A DNA stretch of 64,000 nt from an uncultured Chloroflexia bacterium (GTDB lineage Bacteria > Chloroflexota > Limnocylindria > Limnocylindrales > CSP1-4): NCBI GenBank assembly GCA_963757765.1, contig CAVWSL010000015.1, positions 658,922 through 722,921 of the forward strand, given 5' to 3'. The notes beneath the pieces were generated by a model. The model was not told where the DNA came from. It saw only the letters and a list, made by a program, of their open reading frames with translations, and ran no database searches. Made by a program: the position numbers and the translations under genes. This document shows, in pieces, positions 36,332 through 46,900 of this stretch (position 1 is the first letter of the stretch; each line of letters starts with the position of its first letter).

Positions 36332-36485
36332 GTCCGGATGGTCCCCGGGTGCCGGCACTCGTGCAGTCACCCACACGTACGGACCGGCGCTGGTACGCGT
36401 CCGAACCGCTCCGCCGTCGACCCCTCCGGACCCCAACGCCCTGGAGCTGCTGGAGGGTCCAGTCACCGGAACGAGGCCCGCAGCC

Positions 36486-37667
36486 TCAGCGGGGGCTCAG
36501 CAGCTCCAGCGCCTGGTCCAGTGCCAGTGCGGTCGTGTGCGCGTTGCGCTCCCGCGCCCCGGTCGGCTCGGCGGGCGCGGTGCCCGGCTCGTCGAGGAAT
36601 CGCGTGGGCAGCGGCGACCCGTCGTACCGCTGCGCCTCCCGCGACCAGCGCGAGCGCCAGGACTCCGGCAGTGCGCCCGGCACCTCGCGATGTGCCTGTG
36701 CGAGCCAGATGAGGGCCCACGAGCGCGGCACGACCCGATACGCCTCGTAGCCGCCGCCACCGGTCGCCAACCAGCGACCATCGCACCACGCATGGGCGAT
36801 GCCATCGAGCAGGCGCGTCGCGCGCTCGTATGCCGCGGTCGTCACCCGCAGGTGAGCGAGCGGATCGAGCACGTGGCTGTCACAGCCGTGCTGGCTCACC
36901 AGGAACGTCGGTCGGAAGGCCTCCGCGAGCCTCGGGATGACCGTTTCGACCGCGGCCAGCCAGCTCGCGTCACCCGAGTACGCCTCGAGCGGTACGTTCA
37001 CCACCGAGCCACGGGCTTGCGGCCCGCCGACCTCGTCGATGTCGCCGGTGCCCGGGAACAGGGACCGGCCCGACTCATGGATCGAGAACGTGAGCACGTC
37101 GGGGTCATCCCGGAACAGCTCCTGGGTGCCGTCGCCGTGATGCACGTCGAGATCGAGGTAGAGGACGCGGTGGCCGGCGTCACGGGCGGCTGCCACACCC
37201 AGGGCCACGTCGTTGTAGATGCAGAACCCCGATGCGCGGGCGGCCATCGCATGGTGCAGCCCACCACCGGGGTTGAAGGCATGCGCCGTCTCGCCAGCGA
37301 GGATGCGCTCCACGGCGCCGATCGAGCCCCCCGCGATGAGGGCGGCCGCCTCATGGATGCCGTGGAACGGCGGGCAGTCGCCGGGACCGATGCCCATGCT
37401 CGGTGGCTGCCATGGATCGCCCGAGTACGACTGGACCTGCCGGATGTAGCGCCGCTCATGGAGTCGGGCGAGCTGGTCGTCGGTCGCCTCGCCCGGCTCC
37501 ACGAACCGGGTCGCCCCGACATCCCCGATGAGCTCGATGCCCGGCCCGAAACGCCGCGGCGTCAGGGGGTGGCTGGGGCCGAAGTCGTAGCTCCGGATCC
37601 CGTCGGACCAGACGACCAGCGGCTCCAGGTCCGGCCCGGCCGCCTGATCGATGACCAGGTCATCCAT
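36486..37667 (-). CDS. histone deacetylase / acetoin utilisation AcuC family deacetylase
   Basis: Motifs GFCIYNDVA, DLDVHHGDGTQ and the HESGRSLFPGTGDIDEVG region. Confidence 0.8.
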   Translation of the reverse strand: MDDLVIDQAAGPDLEPLVVWSDGIRSYDFGPSHPLTPRRFGPGIELIGDVGATRFVEPGEATDDQLARLHERRYIRQVQSYSGDPWQPPSMGIGPGDCPPFHGIHEAAALIAGGSIGAVERILAGETAHAFNPGGGLHHAMAARASGFCIYNDVALGVAAARDAGHRVLYLDLDVHHGDGTQELFRDDPDVLTFSIHESGRSLFPGTGDIDEVGGPQARGSVVNVPLEAYSGDASWLAAVETVIPRLAEAFRPTFLVSQHGCDSHVLDPLAHLRVTTAAYERATRLLDGIAHAWCDGRWLATGGGGYEAYRVVPRSWALIWLAQAHREVPGALPESWRSRWSREAQRYDGSPLPTRFLDEPGTAPAEPTGARERNAHTTALALDQALELLSPR

Positions 37668-37678
37668 CGGCGCCGGAC

Positions 37679-39100
37679 TCACCCCTCGCCCTCGGGGACC
37701 TCCTCGCGGACCACCTCGACCGCGCCCAGGCCAGCGTCCTGCAACGCCGGCACGAACGCGTCGGCGTCGCCCACGATGACCACCGACGCCCCGTCGGGTC
37801 GGATGTAGCGGTTCGCCGCCGCCAGCACCTGTTCCGCGGTGACCGCCGCGATGCCCGGTCGATACCGGTCGAGCTCGTCATCGGGCAGGGCATGGGCGAC
37901 GAGACCGGCGATGGCCGCCGCGACCTGGCCGGACGTCTCATAGCGCAAGGGGAAGACACCCACGAGGTAGTCGCGGGCGATGGTCAGCTCTTCCTCGGTG
38001 GCGAGACCGCCGCGGATGCGCTGGAGCTCGCCCAAGGTCTCCACCACCGAGGGCACCGTGAACTCCGTCTGGACCGCCGTTCGCACCGCGAACGGCCCCG
38101 CACCGACCCGCATGTCGAACGTGGAGTGGACGCCGTAGGTGTAGCCCTTCTGCTCCCGGAGCAGCGCGTTCAGCCGCGAGCCGAAGAGCCCACCCAGCAG
38201 GGCGTTGAGGACCCCGATGGCATGGAAGTCCGGGTTCTGGCGGCGCACCCCGACATGGCCGATGCGCAGCTCCGACTGGGGTGAGCCCGGCCGGTCGACC
38301 ACCACGATGCGCCGACCGCCTGACGCGGCCGCGTCAGCGACCCCGCGCGCCGGTCGTGGCGCGCTCGACTCGGTCCAGGAGCCCAGGCTGTCCTCGGCCA
38401 GCCGTCGTGGGTCGACGCCCGTCAGGTCCCCGGCCAGCAGCAGGGTCGCTTTCGATGGTCGCATGAGCGACGCGTGACGCGCCGCGAGCACGTCCCGGCC
38501 GATGCCCGGCACCGTCGATTCGTCGCCGCCCATGGAGCGTCGGTAGGCTGCTCCATCGGCATAGATCGTCTCGGCGAAGGCACGCTCGACGCGCCGGCGG
38601 GGCTCGGCCTGTGCCTGGAGCAGATCGTTGAGCCGCTCCTCGCGGAGGCGCGCCACCTCCTCGGGCGGGAAGCTGGGCTGGAGCGCGACCTCCGCGAGCA
38701 GTGCGAGCGCGGGCGCGATGCGGGACCGGGGCACATCCACGGAGATGGAGAACGTCTCCCAGCCGGCATCCGCGGAGAGCTCGGCACCCAGCCGCTCGGA
38801 GGCCTCGATGAGCGAAACGGCATCGTGGTTCGCGGTGCCCTCGGTCATGGCGCGTGCCGCAAGGACGGTGGCGCCTGCCTGCGCGGCCGGTTCCCCGGTC
38901 ACGCCTGATCCATCGCCGTGGAGCAGCAGATTGGCCACGAGCAGCGGCCGTCCCGGCAGGTGCGCCGTCAGCAGCGTCAGCCCATTGTCGAGGCCCGAGC
39001 GCATGAACGACGGGAACCGGTAGTCGCGCGGTGATCCGGGCAGGGGCCGCTCGTCGAGGTACGCGAGCGGGTCGGAGGCGTCGGTGGTGACCGCGGTCAT
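37679..39100 (-). CDS. M16 family peptidase (insulinase-like; probably the non-catalytic partner)
   Basis: M16 fold text and length, but no HxxEH motif. ATGA overlap with the upstream M16 gene. Confidence 0.8.
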   Translation of the reverse strand: MTAVTTDASDPLAYLDERPLPGSPRDYRFPSFMRSGLDNGLTLLTAHLPGRPLLVANLLLHGDGSGVTGEPAAQAGATVLAARAMTEGTANHDAVSLIEASERLGAELSADAGWETFSISVDVPRSRIAPALALLAEVALQPSFPPEEVARLREERLNDLLQAQAEPRRRVERAFAETIYADGAAYRRSMGGDESTVPGIGRDVLAARHASLMRPSKATLLLAGDLTGVDPRRLAEDSLGSWTESSAPRPARGVADAAASGGRRIVVVDRPGSPQSELRIGHVGVRRQNPDFHAIGVLNALLGGLFGSRLNALLREQKGYTYGVHSTFDMRVGAGPFAVRTAVQTEFTVPSVVETLGELQRIRGGLATEEELTIARDYLVGVFPLRYETSGQVAAAIAGLVAHALPDDELDRYRPGIAAVTAEQVLAAANRYIRPDGASVVIVGDADAFVPALQDAGLGAVEVVREEVPEGEG

Positions 39101-40428
39101 GCTGCGCTCTCCTCGTCCTGCGCGGCGGTGTCTGCCGGCACATAGGTGATGACGGCCCGGTTGTCGGGCCGGAAGACCGCGGCCGCGGCCGCCTGGATCC
39201 GACCCGCATCGACCGCGAGGTATCGCCCCAGCTGCTCGTTGATGAGCTCCGGCCGATCGAAGTAGGTGGCGTATTGCGACAACCGGTCGGCGACCTCCTC
39301 GACGCGACCGACCGCGCCCAGCTCGGCCGACTCGATGAGCGCCCGTGCCCGTGCCAGCTCGTCATCGCTGACCGGCTCCGTGGCCAGTCGATGGGTCTCC
39401 TCGTGCCAGATGCGCTCCACCGTCTTGGCATCACTCTCCGGGCGCGCCGTCACCCAGCCCGCCAGGATCGCCGAGCCGCCGACCAGCGGCAGCGTGAATG
39501 CGGCCACATCCTGGGCGGCCCGCTCGGTGCGCACCAGCCGCTGGTAGAGGCGCGACCCACGACCACCGGCCAGGATCTGGGTGCCGACCTCGAGGGCATC
39601 GAACTCGGGCGTGCCGAACGCCGGCATCCGGTAGGCGAGATGGACCCGCACCAGCGGCACCGCATCCGGCACCGTCTCGCGGACCTCGCGGCCGATGGTG
39701 GGCGGCAGCTCGACCGGCCAGGCGCGGCCCAGGGTGGGATTGGCGGGGATAGGTCCGAACCAGCGCTCCGCGGCGGCGAAAGCGGTCTCCGTCTCGACGT
39801 CGCCCGCGATGGTCAGGACCGCGTTGTTGGGCGCGTACCAGGCCCGGAAGAAGCTCGTCACGTCGTCCAGGCTCGCCGCGTCGAGGTCCGCCATCGAGCC
39901 GATGGGCGTGTGATGGTACGGATGGTCCGCCGGGAACACCGCGGCCATCAGCTTCTCGTAGAACGAGCCGTAGGGACGGTTGTCATAGCTCTGGCGCTTC
40001 TCGTTCTTGACCACCTCGCGCTGGTTGTCGAGGTTCTCCTGGGACAGCGCATCAAGCAGCGTCGCCATCCGGTCGGCCTCCAGCCAGAGGCCGAGGTCGA
40101 GCTGATGGGACGGCAGCGTCTCGAAGTAGTTCGTCCGGTCGAAGAAGGTGGTCGCGTTGTTGACGCCGCCGGCCCCCTGGATGATGGACATGTGTTCCGA
40201 CTTGGAGACGTGGCGCGATCCCTGGAACATGAAGTGCTCGAACAGGTGCGCGAAGCCGGTCTTGCCCGGGACCTCGTGCCGTGATCCCACGTCGTACCAG
40301 AGGTTGATGGCCACGACCGGTGCCAGGTGCTCGGGCGCGACGATGACCCGGAGGCCATTGTCCAGCCGGCGCTGGGTGAACCGGACGTTGGGCAGGTCGG
40401 CGGCGATATCAGGCGGGATGAGCGACAT
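39097..40428 (-). CDS. M16 family zinc peptidase (HxxEH active-site subunit)
   Basis: GFAHLFEHFMFQGS contains the inverted zincin motif HxxEH. Start at MSLIPPDIA; the 83 aa of the ORF upstream of it are low-complexity. Confidence 0.8.
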   Translation of the reverse strand: MSLIPPDIAADLPNVRFTQRRLDNGLRVIVAPEHLAPVVAINLWYDVGSRHEVPGKTGFAHLFEHFMFQGSRHVSKSEHMSIIQGAGGVNNATTFFDRTNYFETLPSHQLDLGLWLEADRMATLLDALSQENLDNQREVVKNEKRQSYDNRPYGSFYEKLMAAVFPADHPYHHTPIGSMADLDAASLDDVTSFFRAWYAPNNAVLTIAGDVETETAFAAAERWFGPIPANPTLGRAWPVELPPTIGREVRETVPDAVPLVRVHLAYRMPAFGTPEFDALEVGTQILAGGRGSRLYQRLVRTERAAQDVAAFTLPLVGGSAILAGWVTARPESDAKTVERIWHEETHRLATEPVSDDELARARALIESAELGAVGRVEEVADRLSQYATYFDRPELINEQLGRYLAVDAGRIQAAAAAVFRPDNRAVITYVPADTAAQDEESAA

Positions 40429-40501
40429 GCCCGCGATCGTACCAGCGGGCGCCCGATGAGCGCCGGGACGCCGGGCTCCCTCGATCGGCCCGGCAGATCG
40501 C

Positions 40502-41551
40502 TCAGGGCACCGTGTCAGTGAACGTGATCCGATCACCCTTGGCCGTCGCGCACGTGAGCTCGAGCGCGTCGTTCGCAAGTGCCGTGAAGCCGGTCGCGCT
40601 GTCGTCATAGTGTCCGCCGGCATCGGTGGTGGCGGACGTCGCGAATCGCTGGACGCCAGCCCGGAAGACCCGGACATCGACGGGGGAGCTGGGCAGGCAG
40701 CGCACGGAGACGGCCGTGCCAGTCCAGGAGACGGCGAGGTGTGGCCAGACCACCCTCGCGTCGCTGGCCAGATCGGAGCGGATGATGTCGCCGACCGCGA
40801 TGTTCACTGCAGTGCCGTGCTTCCGGAACGTCGCATCGGGCAACGCACAGCCGCCCGCCCTGGCGAACGATCGGCCGGCGCGCAGCCTCCCGGAGGCGGA
40901 CCTGAGCGTGACGCTCACGACACGGGCCGGCTGGCATTCGATGTGGATCCGGTTGGGCTTCGAGAGCTGGAGATAGGGCACATGTTCCTGTGGCGTGTCG
41001 AACACGTCCCCGTGGCCGTCGGTATACGTCAGCGCCAGGCGGTCCGCGCCCTGCAGATCGAGGTGGCTGGTCAGGTCACGGCGATACCGACCCTGGCCAT
41101 CCACCGTTCGGTCCACTGACGAGAACCCTGCGCAGCCCGTCAGGCTGCAGTCGGAGAACAGGATCGTCACGTGCTTCGATGCCGGTCCGCGACCACTGAC
41201 CACGTCGGTGATCCGGTCGGCAGCGATGGTCAGGTCCGGGACGGTGACCCGTCGAGAGGCGTCCCCGTCGGTGATGGTGATCCGGTATCCAGCCTTGACC
41301 CGATGTGCGAAGCAGAATGCGTAGGAGCCATCGGAACTGGCGTCCTCCTGCGACCCGAGGTATGTCCCCGCGCCCGTCCACAGGACGAGCTTGACCAGGT
41401 CGCCGGGCGGCTTGAGGCCGGAGACGCATCGGTCTCCGATCGCAACGCGTACCGTGACCGGATCCGTGGCGGCGGCGGGACCGATGCCCATCGTCGACAT
41501 CAGCAGCGCAAGCAGGGCACTGACCGCCGCGCGTCGGCGTTGATGGGACAT
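40502..41551 (-). CDS. secreted hypothetical protein (Cys-containing beta-rich)
   Basis: Signal peptide MSHQRRRAAVSALLALLMSTMGIGPAAA. Confidence 0.55.
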   Translation of the reverse strand: MSHQRRRAAVSALLALLMSTMGIGPAAATDPVTVRVAIGDRCVSGLKPPGDLVKLVLWTGAGTYLGSQEDASSDGSYAFCFAHRVKAGYRITITDGDASRRVTVPDLTIAADRITDVVSGRGPASKHVTILFSDCSLTGCAGFSSVDRTVDGQGRYRRDLTSHLDLQGADRLALTYTDGHGDVFDTPQEHVPYLQLSKPNRIHIECQPARVVSVTLRSASGRLRAGRSFARAGGCALPDATFRKHGTAVNIAVGDIIRSDLASDARVVWPHLAVSWTGTAVSVRCLPSSPVDVRVFRAGVQRFATSATTDAGGHYDDSATGFTALANDALELTCATAKGDRITFTDTVP

Positions 41552-41605
41552 GACCGATGACCTCCACACACGGCGCACTTGGCGAGACATCAGGCCCCGA
41601 TGCTA

Positions 41606-42103
41606 TCAGCCACCCGGGGCGGTATCGCCGCTGCCGGATCGCGCGTCCAGCACCAACCGAAGACCCTCGGCCCCCATGTCCTCGATGGCGGCGGCCAGGA
41701 GCGTCCGATGGCGACGCAGCACATCCTCGGGCACCGTCCGCGCACGACCGCTGTTGCGTTGGAGCAACACCTCGATGGGTGGGTCGAACACCACCGCGAC
41801 CGTCGGGCGCCCATAGCGGTGGGCCAGTGCCAGGAGCGGCCTACGGGCCGATCGCTGGAGGTTGGTCGCGTCGATGACCGTGAGCAGGCCGCGTTTCAGG
41901 CGCGCACCGGCCGCCGCGTGGAGAAGGCGGAACGCATCACTCGACGCGGACTGGTCCGAAGCATCGCCCGCGACCATCTCCCGGAAGGCATCGCTGGACA
42001 GGACCTCGCTGGGGCGGGAATGGCGCGCCGCCCAGGTGCTCTTGCCCGATGCCGCGGGACCGACCAGGATCACCAGGGCGTCGACGGGGATGGCGGGCGT
42101 CAT
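41606..42103 (-). CDS. P-loop NTPase, AAA_33 / polynucleotide-kinase-like predicted kinase
   Basis: Walker A (LVILVGPAASGKST) and Walker B (LLTVIDATN). Confidence 0.65.
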   Translation of the reverse strand: MTPAIPVDALVILVGPAASGKSTWAARHSRPSEVLSSDAFREMVAGDASDQSASSDAFRLLHAAAGARLKRGLLTVIDATNLQRSARRPLLALAHRYGRPTVAVVFDPPIEVLLQRNSGRARTVPEDVLRRHRTLLAAAIEDMGAEGLRLVLDARSGSGDTAPGG

Positions 42104-42158
42104 CGCCGCGAGGATAGCCGCGTGGTTGCGGTCCTGACGGCGACCGTGGTCGGCCGGC

Positions 42159-45100
42159 TCAGAGCGCGGGCACCGGCTCCAGGAGCCAGGCGTCGAGCGG
42201 CCTGACGTCCGACACCTGGGCCTGGACGGATGCGTCCAGCGAACGTGCCGCGGTGATGGCCGTGTCCATGCTCGTCAGGCAGAGGATCCCCTCCGAGACC
42301 GCCGCCAGTCGGATGGCCGCCGCGTCGCGCACCGGCCCCGAGCGTGGCGATGGCGTGTTGACCACGAGCGATACCTGGCCAGACGCGATGACGTCGAGGA
42401 TGAGCGGGGCGCCGATCACCCCTGCCGACCCGACCGCACCCGCGAGCGGCGTCACATCCGTGACCTCGTAGCCGCTGGCCCGAAGGGCTGCCGCCGTGCC
42501 CGCCGTGGCGGCGAACCGGTAGCCGACCGCAGCCAGGGATGCCGCGAGCTCCGGCAATCGCGGCTTGTCCCGGTCGGAGATCGACACCAGCACGAGCGCG
42601 CCGTCGGGACCCGGCACCGGCGGCCGCAGGGCGGCCGCGAGGAGCGCCTTCGCCAGCGCCACCCGCTCGTCGGTGTGGATCCCGATGACCTCGCCCGTGG
42701 AACGCATCCCGGGTCCGACGGCCGGATCGACCCCCTTGAGCTTGCTGGTGGAGAACACCGGCGCCTTGACCGCGACGACACCCGGCGGCCGGCGCAGCCC
42801 GCCGGACCAGCCAAGCTCCGGGAGCGTCGCGCCCAGCGCCACGCGGGTCGCCAGCTCCACCATCGGCACACCGGTGACCTTGGACAGGAACGGCACCGTC
42901 CGGCTGGCGCGAGGGTTGACCTCCAGCAGGTAGACCCCGTCGTCACGGACGATGAACTGGGCGTTGATGAGCCCTCGGACGCCGATGGCCAGCGCGACAC
43001 GGGTCATGGCGTCGACGATGAGCCCCTGGTCGGCGGCGGATAGCCGCTGCGGGGGGAACACCGCCACCGAGTCACCCGAGTGGACGCCGGCTCGCTCGAC
43101 ATGCTCCATGAGCCCCGGGATGAGCACGTCGACACCGTCGCAGACCGCGTCGACGTCGACCTCGAGGCCCTCGAGATAGGCATCGATGCGCACCGGTCGA
43201 TCCTCATCGACCGCCGTCGCCAGGGCCAGCTGACGGGTCAGGTCCTCGGGTCCGTAGCAGAACTCGATGGCGAGGCCGCCGATGACGAAGCTGGGTCGGA
43301 CGATGACCGGATACCCGACCCGGTCGGCGACCGCGATGGCCTCTTCGATGGAGGTCGCCATACCCCCCTCGGGCTGTGGGATACCGAGCCGGTCGACCAG
43401 GTTCGCGAAGCGGGTCCGCTCCTCCGCGAGGTCGATGGTCTCGAGCGACAGCCCGGGCAGGTCGACCCCACCCGCGACCAGCGACGCGGCCAGGTTGAGA
43501 GGCGTCTGGCCGCCGAACTGGACGAGCGCCGGCAGGGGCGCGTCGCCGGGCGCGGTCTCGGCGTGGATGACCTCGAGCACGCTTTCGGGATCCAATGGCT
43601 CGAAATAGAGTCGGGATGAGGCATCGAAGTCGGTGGACACGGTCTCGGGGTTGGAATTGACCATCACCGCCTGCCAGCCATCCCGGCGGAGCACCTCGGC
43701 TGCCTGGACGGCGCAGTAGTCGAACTCGATGCCCTGACCGATGCGCACGGGACCCGATCCGATGACGAGCGCCGCTGGCCGGGTCACGGGTGGCGCCTCG
43801 GGGGGCGACCCGGTGGCCGCGTACGTGGCGTAGAAGTAGGGCGTCTCGGCAGCGAACTCGGCAGCACAGGTATCCACCATGGCGAACCCGGGCCGCAGGC
43901 CGATGGCGATCCGGCGGTCCGCCACGGCACGCTGCGACAGGCCCGTCAGGGTCGCGATGTCCCGATCACCGAACGATGCCCGCTTGGCCGCCACGAGCAG
44001 GCCATCGGTGATGGCGCTCCCCTCCTCGGTCATCTGGTGGGCCAGATCCACGAGGCGCTCCATCTCCGCCAGGAACCACGGCGCGACACCGGTGACCTGG
44101 TGCAGCTCGGCGGCCTGGACGCCCCGTCGGAGGAGCGCCAGCAGTCGCCACAGGCGCGAGTCGGACGGCGCCAGGAACTGCCGCAGCAGGCGCGGCCGGG
44201 AGGCGACACGCCCGCCTATGGCCGGCCCCGACAATGCCGCGAGATCGTCGTCCCAGGTCAGGTCCTCCGCCAGGAATCCCGCCCCCGCCTGCTCCAGGCC
44301 GCGGAGCGCCTTGTTGAGCGCAGCGCCGAAGGTCCGGTCGATGGCCATCACCTCGCCGGTCGCCTTCATCTGCGAGCCCAGGGAGCGGTCGGCACCCGGG
44401 AACTTGTCGAACGGGAAGCGCGGCAGCTTGACCACCACGTAGTCGAGGGCAGGCTCGAAGGCCGCCACCGTCGTCTTCGTGATCGCGTTGGGGATCTCAG
44501 CGAGTCGGCGCCCGATGGCGATCTGTGCCGCGACCCGTGCGATGGGGTAGCCGGTCGCCTTGGAGGCCAGCGCGGACGACCGCGACACGCGCGGGTTGAC
44601 CTCGATGACCGCGTAGTCGTTGGAGTCTGGGGAAAGCGCGAACTGGACGTTGCAGCCACCCTCCACGCCCAGCGCCCGGATGATGGCCAGCGCGGCGGAC
44701 CGCAGGCGCTGATGGACCGGGTCGGGCAGTGTCTGGACGGGCGCGACCACGATGGAGTCGCCGGTGTGGACGCCCAGCGGGTCGACGTTCTCCATCGAAC
44801 ACACCGCGATGCAGGTGTCGTCGGCATCGCGCATGACCTCGTATTCGATCTCCTGCCAGCCCACGAGGCAGCGCTCGATCATCACCTGACCGATGGGGCT
44901 CAACCGAAGCCCGGCACGACATCGTTCCCGGTATGCCTCCTCCGTGTCCACGATGCCGCCACCGGTACCACCCAGGGTGAACGCGGGACGGATGACGGCC
45001 GGCAGCCCGATCTCGACCAGCGCCTGCTCGATGCCCGCCTGGCGCTCATCCTCCGTGTCGCCCTGGATGATCACCGACGGCGCATACGGCTGGCCGATCC

Positions 45101-46718
45101 GATGGAGCAGGTCCCGGAACCGCTCCCGGTCCTCGGCCATCTCGATGGCCTCGATGGACGTGCCCAGCAGCCGCGTCCCGTACCGCTCCAGCAGCCCCGC
45201 ATGGGCGACATCGACCGCCAGGTTGAGCGCGGTCTGGCCACCCAGCCCGGCCAGGATGCCCTCCGGCCGCTCGCGCTCCAGGATCCGCTCCACGGACGCC
45301 ACGGTGAGCGGCTCGAGGTAGACGGCGTCGGCCACCCCGGGGTCGGTCATGATCGTGGCCGGGTTGGAGTTGAGCAGGATGGTCCGGATGCCCTCCTCGC
45401 GAAGGGCTCGACACGCCTGGGTGCCCGCATAGTCGAACTCGGCTGCCTGGCCGATGACGACCGGTCCGGATCCGATGATGAGCACCGACGCAGGCTTGGG
45501 CGGCGGTGGCGTTCGGGGTGCCGCGGTGACCCGGCTGGGTTGGATCGATCCGGCCGCCACGATGCGAGCGAGGAATCGGTCGAACACCTCGACCGCGTCG
45601 AGCGGCCCGGGCGACCCCTCCGGGTGGTACTGGACGGTCTCGATGGGCAGCCTCTCGTGCCGGAGCCCCTCGACGCTGCCGTCATTGAGGTTGCGCTGGC
45701 TGACCGCGAACCCCGAGCCACGGGGCAGCGAGTCGGCGTCGACCGTGACCTCGTGGTTCTGGGCGGTGACCTGCACCCGGCCGGTGCCCAGGTCCTCCAC
45801 GGGGTGGTTGGCACCGTGATGCCCGAACCGGAGCCGACGTGTCTCGGCTCCCGCCGCACGAGCCACGATCTGGTGACCGAGGCAGATGCCCAGGAGCGGC
45901 CGGCCATCGGCGATGAGTGCCTTCGCGAGCGCGATGGGCCGCTCCAGCCGGACCGGGTCACCGGGACCGGGTGAGAGCACCACGCCCGAGACATCGGGCC
46001 GGAGCACATCCGCGGCGGTCGCGGTATGGGGCAGCACCCGGACACGTGCCCCGCGCCGCCGGAGCGAGCGCACGATGTTCGCCTTGAGACCGTAGTCCAC
46101 GACCGTCACGAGAGGTCCCCGGTCGCCCGCTTCATAAGGCGCCGCAACGGACACCCGGCTCACGAAGTCCTGGTCCTCCCAGCGCGGCAGCGACTGTGCC
46201 CGAAGGACGGCACTCGCCGCATCCGTCTCGCCGGGGGCGGTGATGATGGCCCGCTGACAGCCGGTCTGGCGCATGTGACGCGCCAGTGCCCGCGTGTCCA
46301 GGCCAGCGATCGCAGGCACGCCCTCGGAGCGCAGGAGGTGGACGATCTGACGCGCGCGGCCCAGGACCGCTGCGGTCGCATGGCTGACGACAAGGCCGCG
46401 CAGCCAGGGTCGCTCGGACTGGTCGTCACCCGCCGACCGGCCGTGATTGCCGATGAGCGGATAGGTCATCACGACCACCTGCCCGGCGTACGAGGGGTCG
46501 GTACAGACCTCCTGGTACCCGGTCTGGGAGGTGTTGACGACCAGGTCGCCACCCGACGCCACCGGCGCACCGAACGACACGCCGTGGAACACCGTGCCGT
46601 CCTCGAGGGCAAGCAGGGCCGGCCCGTGGGCGCCGATGCGTGGGTCGACCACGGCATCCGAAGGTATCGGCACGCTGAAGCGCACCTGTGCGCCGTCGGT
46701 GCCGCCCATGAGGGTCAC
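42159..46718 (-). CDS. carAB: carbamoyl-phosphate synthase, small (glutamine amidotransferase) and large subunits fused in one ORF
   Basis: 1519 aa. CarA region (LGICLGHQIV...HHGANHP) joins through a Pro-rich linker (AAGSIQPSRVTAAPRTPPPPKP) to the CarB start (ASVLIIGSGPVVIGQAAEFDYAGTQ). Two ATP-grasp halves and a C-terminal MGS-like domain follow. Confidence 0.85.
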   Translation of the reverse strand: MTLMGGTDGAQVRFSVPIPSDAVVDPRIGAHGPALLALEDGTVFHGVSFGAPVASGGDLVVNTSQTGYQEVCTDPSYAGQVVVMTYPLIGNHGRSAGDDQSERPWLRGLVVSHATAAVLGRARQIVHLLRSEGVPAIAGLDTRALARHMRQTGCQRAIITAPGETDAASAVLRAQSLPRWEDQDFVSRVSVAAPYEAGDRGPLVTVVDYGLKANIVRSLRRRGARVRVLPHTATAADVLRPDVSGVVLSPGPGDPVRLERPIALAKALIADGRPLLGICLGHQIVARAAGAETRRLRFGHHGANHPVEDLGTGRVQVTAQNHEVTVDADSLPRGSGFAVSQRNLNDGSVEGLRHERLPIETVQYHPEGSPGPLDAVEVFDRFLARIVAAGSIQPSRVTAAPRTPPPPKPASVLIIGSGPVVIGQAAEFDYAGTQACRALREEGIRTILLNSNPATIMTDPGVADAVYLEPLTVASVERILERERPEGILAGLGGQTALNLAVDVAHAGLLERYGTRLLGTSIEAIEMAEDRERFRDLLHRIGQPYAPSVIIQGDTEDERQAGIEQALVEIGLPAVIRPAFTLGGTGGGIVDTEEAYRERCRAGLRLSPIGQVMIERCLVGWQEIEYEVMRDADDTCIAVCSMENVDPLGVHTGDSIVVAPVQTLPDPVHQRLRSAALAIIRALGVEGGCNVQFALSPDSNDYAVIEVNPRVSRSSALASKATGYPIARVAAQIAIGRRLAEIPNAITKTTVAAFEPALDYVVVKLPRFPFDKFPGADRSLGSQMKATGEVMAIDRTFGAALNKALRGLEQAGAGFLAEDLTWDDDLAALSGPAIGGRVASRPRLLRQFLAPSDSRLWRLLALLRRGVQAAELHQVTGVAPWFLAEMERLVDLAHQMTEEGSAITDGLLVAAKRASFGDRDIATLTGLSQRAVADRRIAIGLRPGFAMVDTCAAEFAAETPYFYATYAATGSPPEAPPVTRPAALVIGSGPVRIGQGIEFDYCAVQAAEVLRRDGWQAVMVNSNPETVSTDFDASSRLYFEPLDPESVLEVIHAETAPGDAPLPALVQFGGQTPLNLAASLVAGGVDLPGLSLETIDLAEERTRFANLVDRLGIPQPEGGMATSIEEAIAVADRVGYPVIVRPSFVIGGLAIEFCYGPEDLTRQLALATAVDEDRPVRIDAYLEGLEVDVDAVCDGVDVLIPGLMEHVERAGVHSGDSVAVFPPQRLSAADQGLIVDAMTRVALAIGVRGLINAQFIVRDDGVYLLEVNPRASRTVPFLSKVTGVPMVELATRVALGATLPELGWSGGLRRPPGVVAVKAPVFSTSKLKGVDPAVGPGMRSTGEVIGIHTDERVALAKALLAAALRPPVPGPDGALVLVSISDRDKPRLPELAASLAAVGYRFAATAGTAAALRASGYEVTDVTPLAGAVGSAGVIGAPLILDVIASGQVSLVVNTPSPRSGPVRDAAAIRLAAVSEGILCLTSMDTAITAARSLDASVQAQVSDVRPLDAWLLEPVPAL

Positions 46719-46900
46719 GAGCAGCCGGACGCAGAACGACCACCGCCCGTCGAGCGGTGGTGGTCGTGACAGGGCGTGAGCATCGGGACCCCTCCTTGCC
46801 GGCCTCTCTGGACCCTATCCGGCCTCACGGGACCGGTCATGCAAGAGATGGTCGGTAGCCTAGCACGAGCGACGCGCCGCGGGCACCCGCGACACGAGCG

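Noticed and set aside
36084-37808. 574-aa plus-strand ORF across the CAP and AcuC genes
   Set aside because: Antisense to two well-supported minus-strand genes.
44037-45974. 645-aa plus-strand ORF inside carB
   Set aside because: Antisense to carAB and low-complexity.
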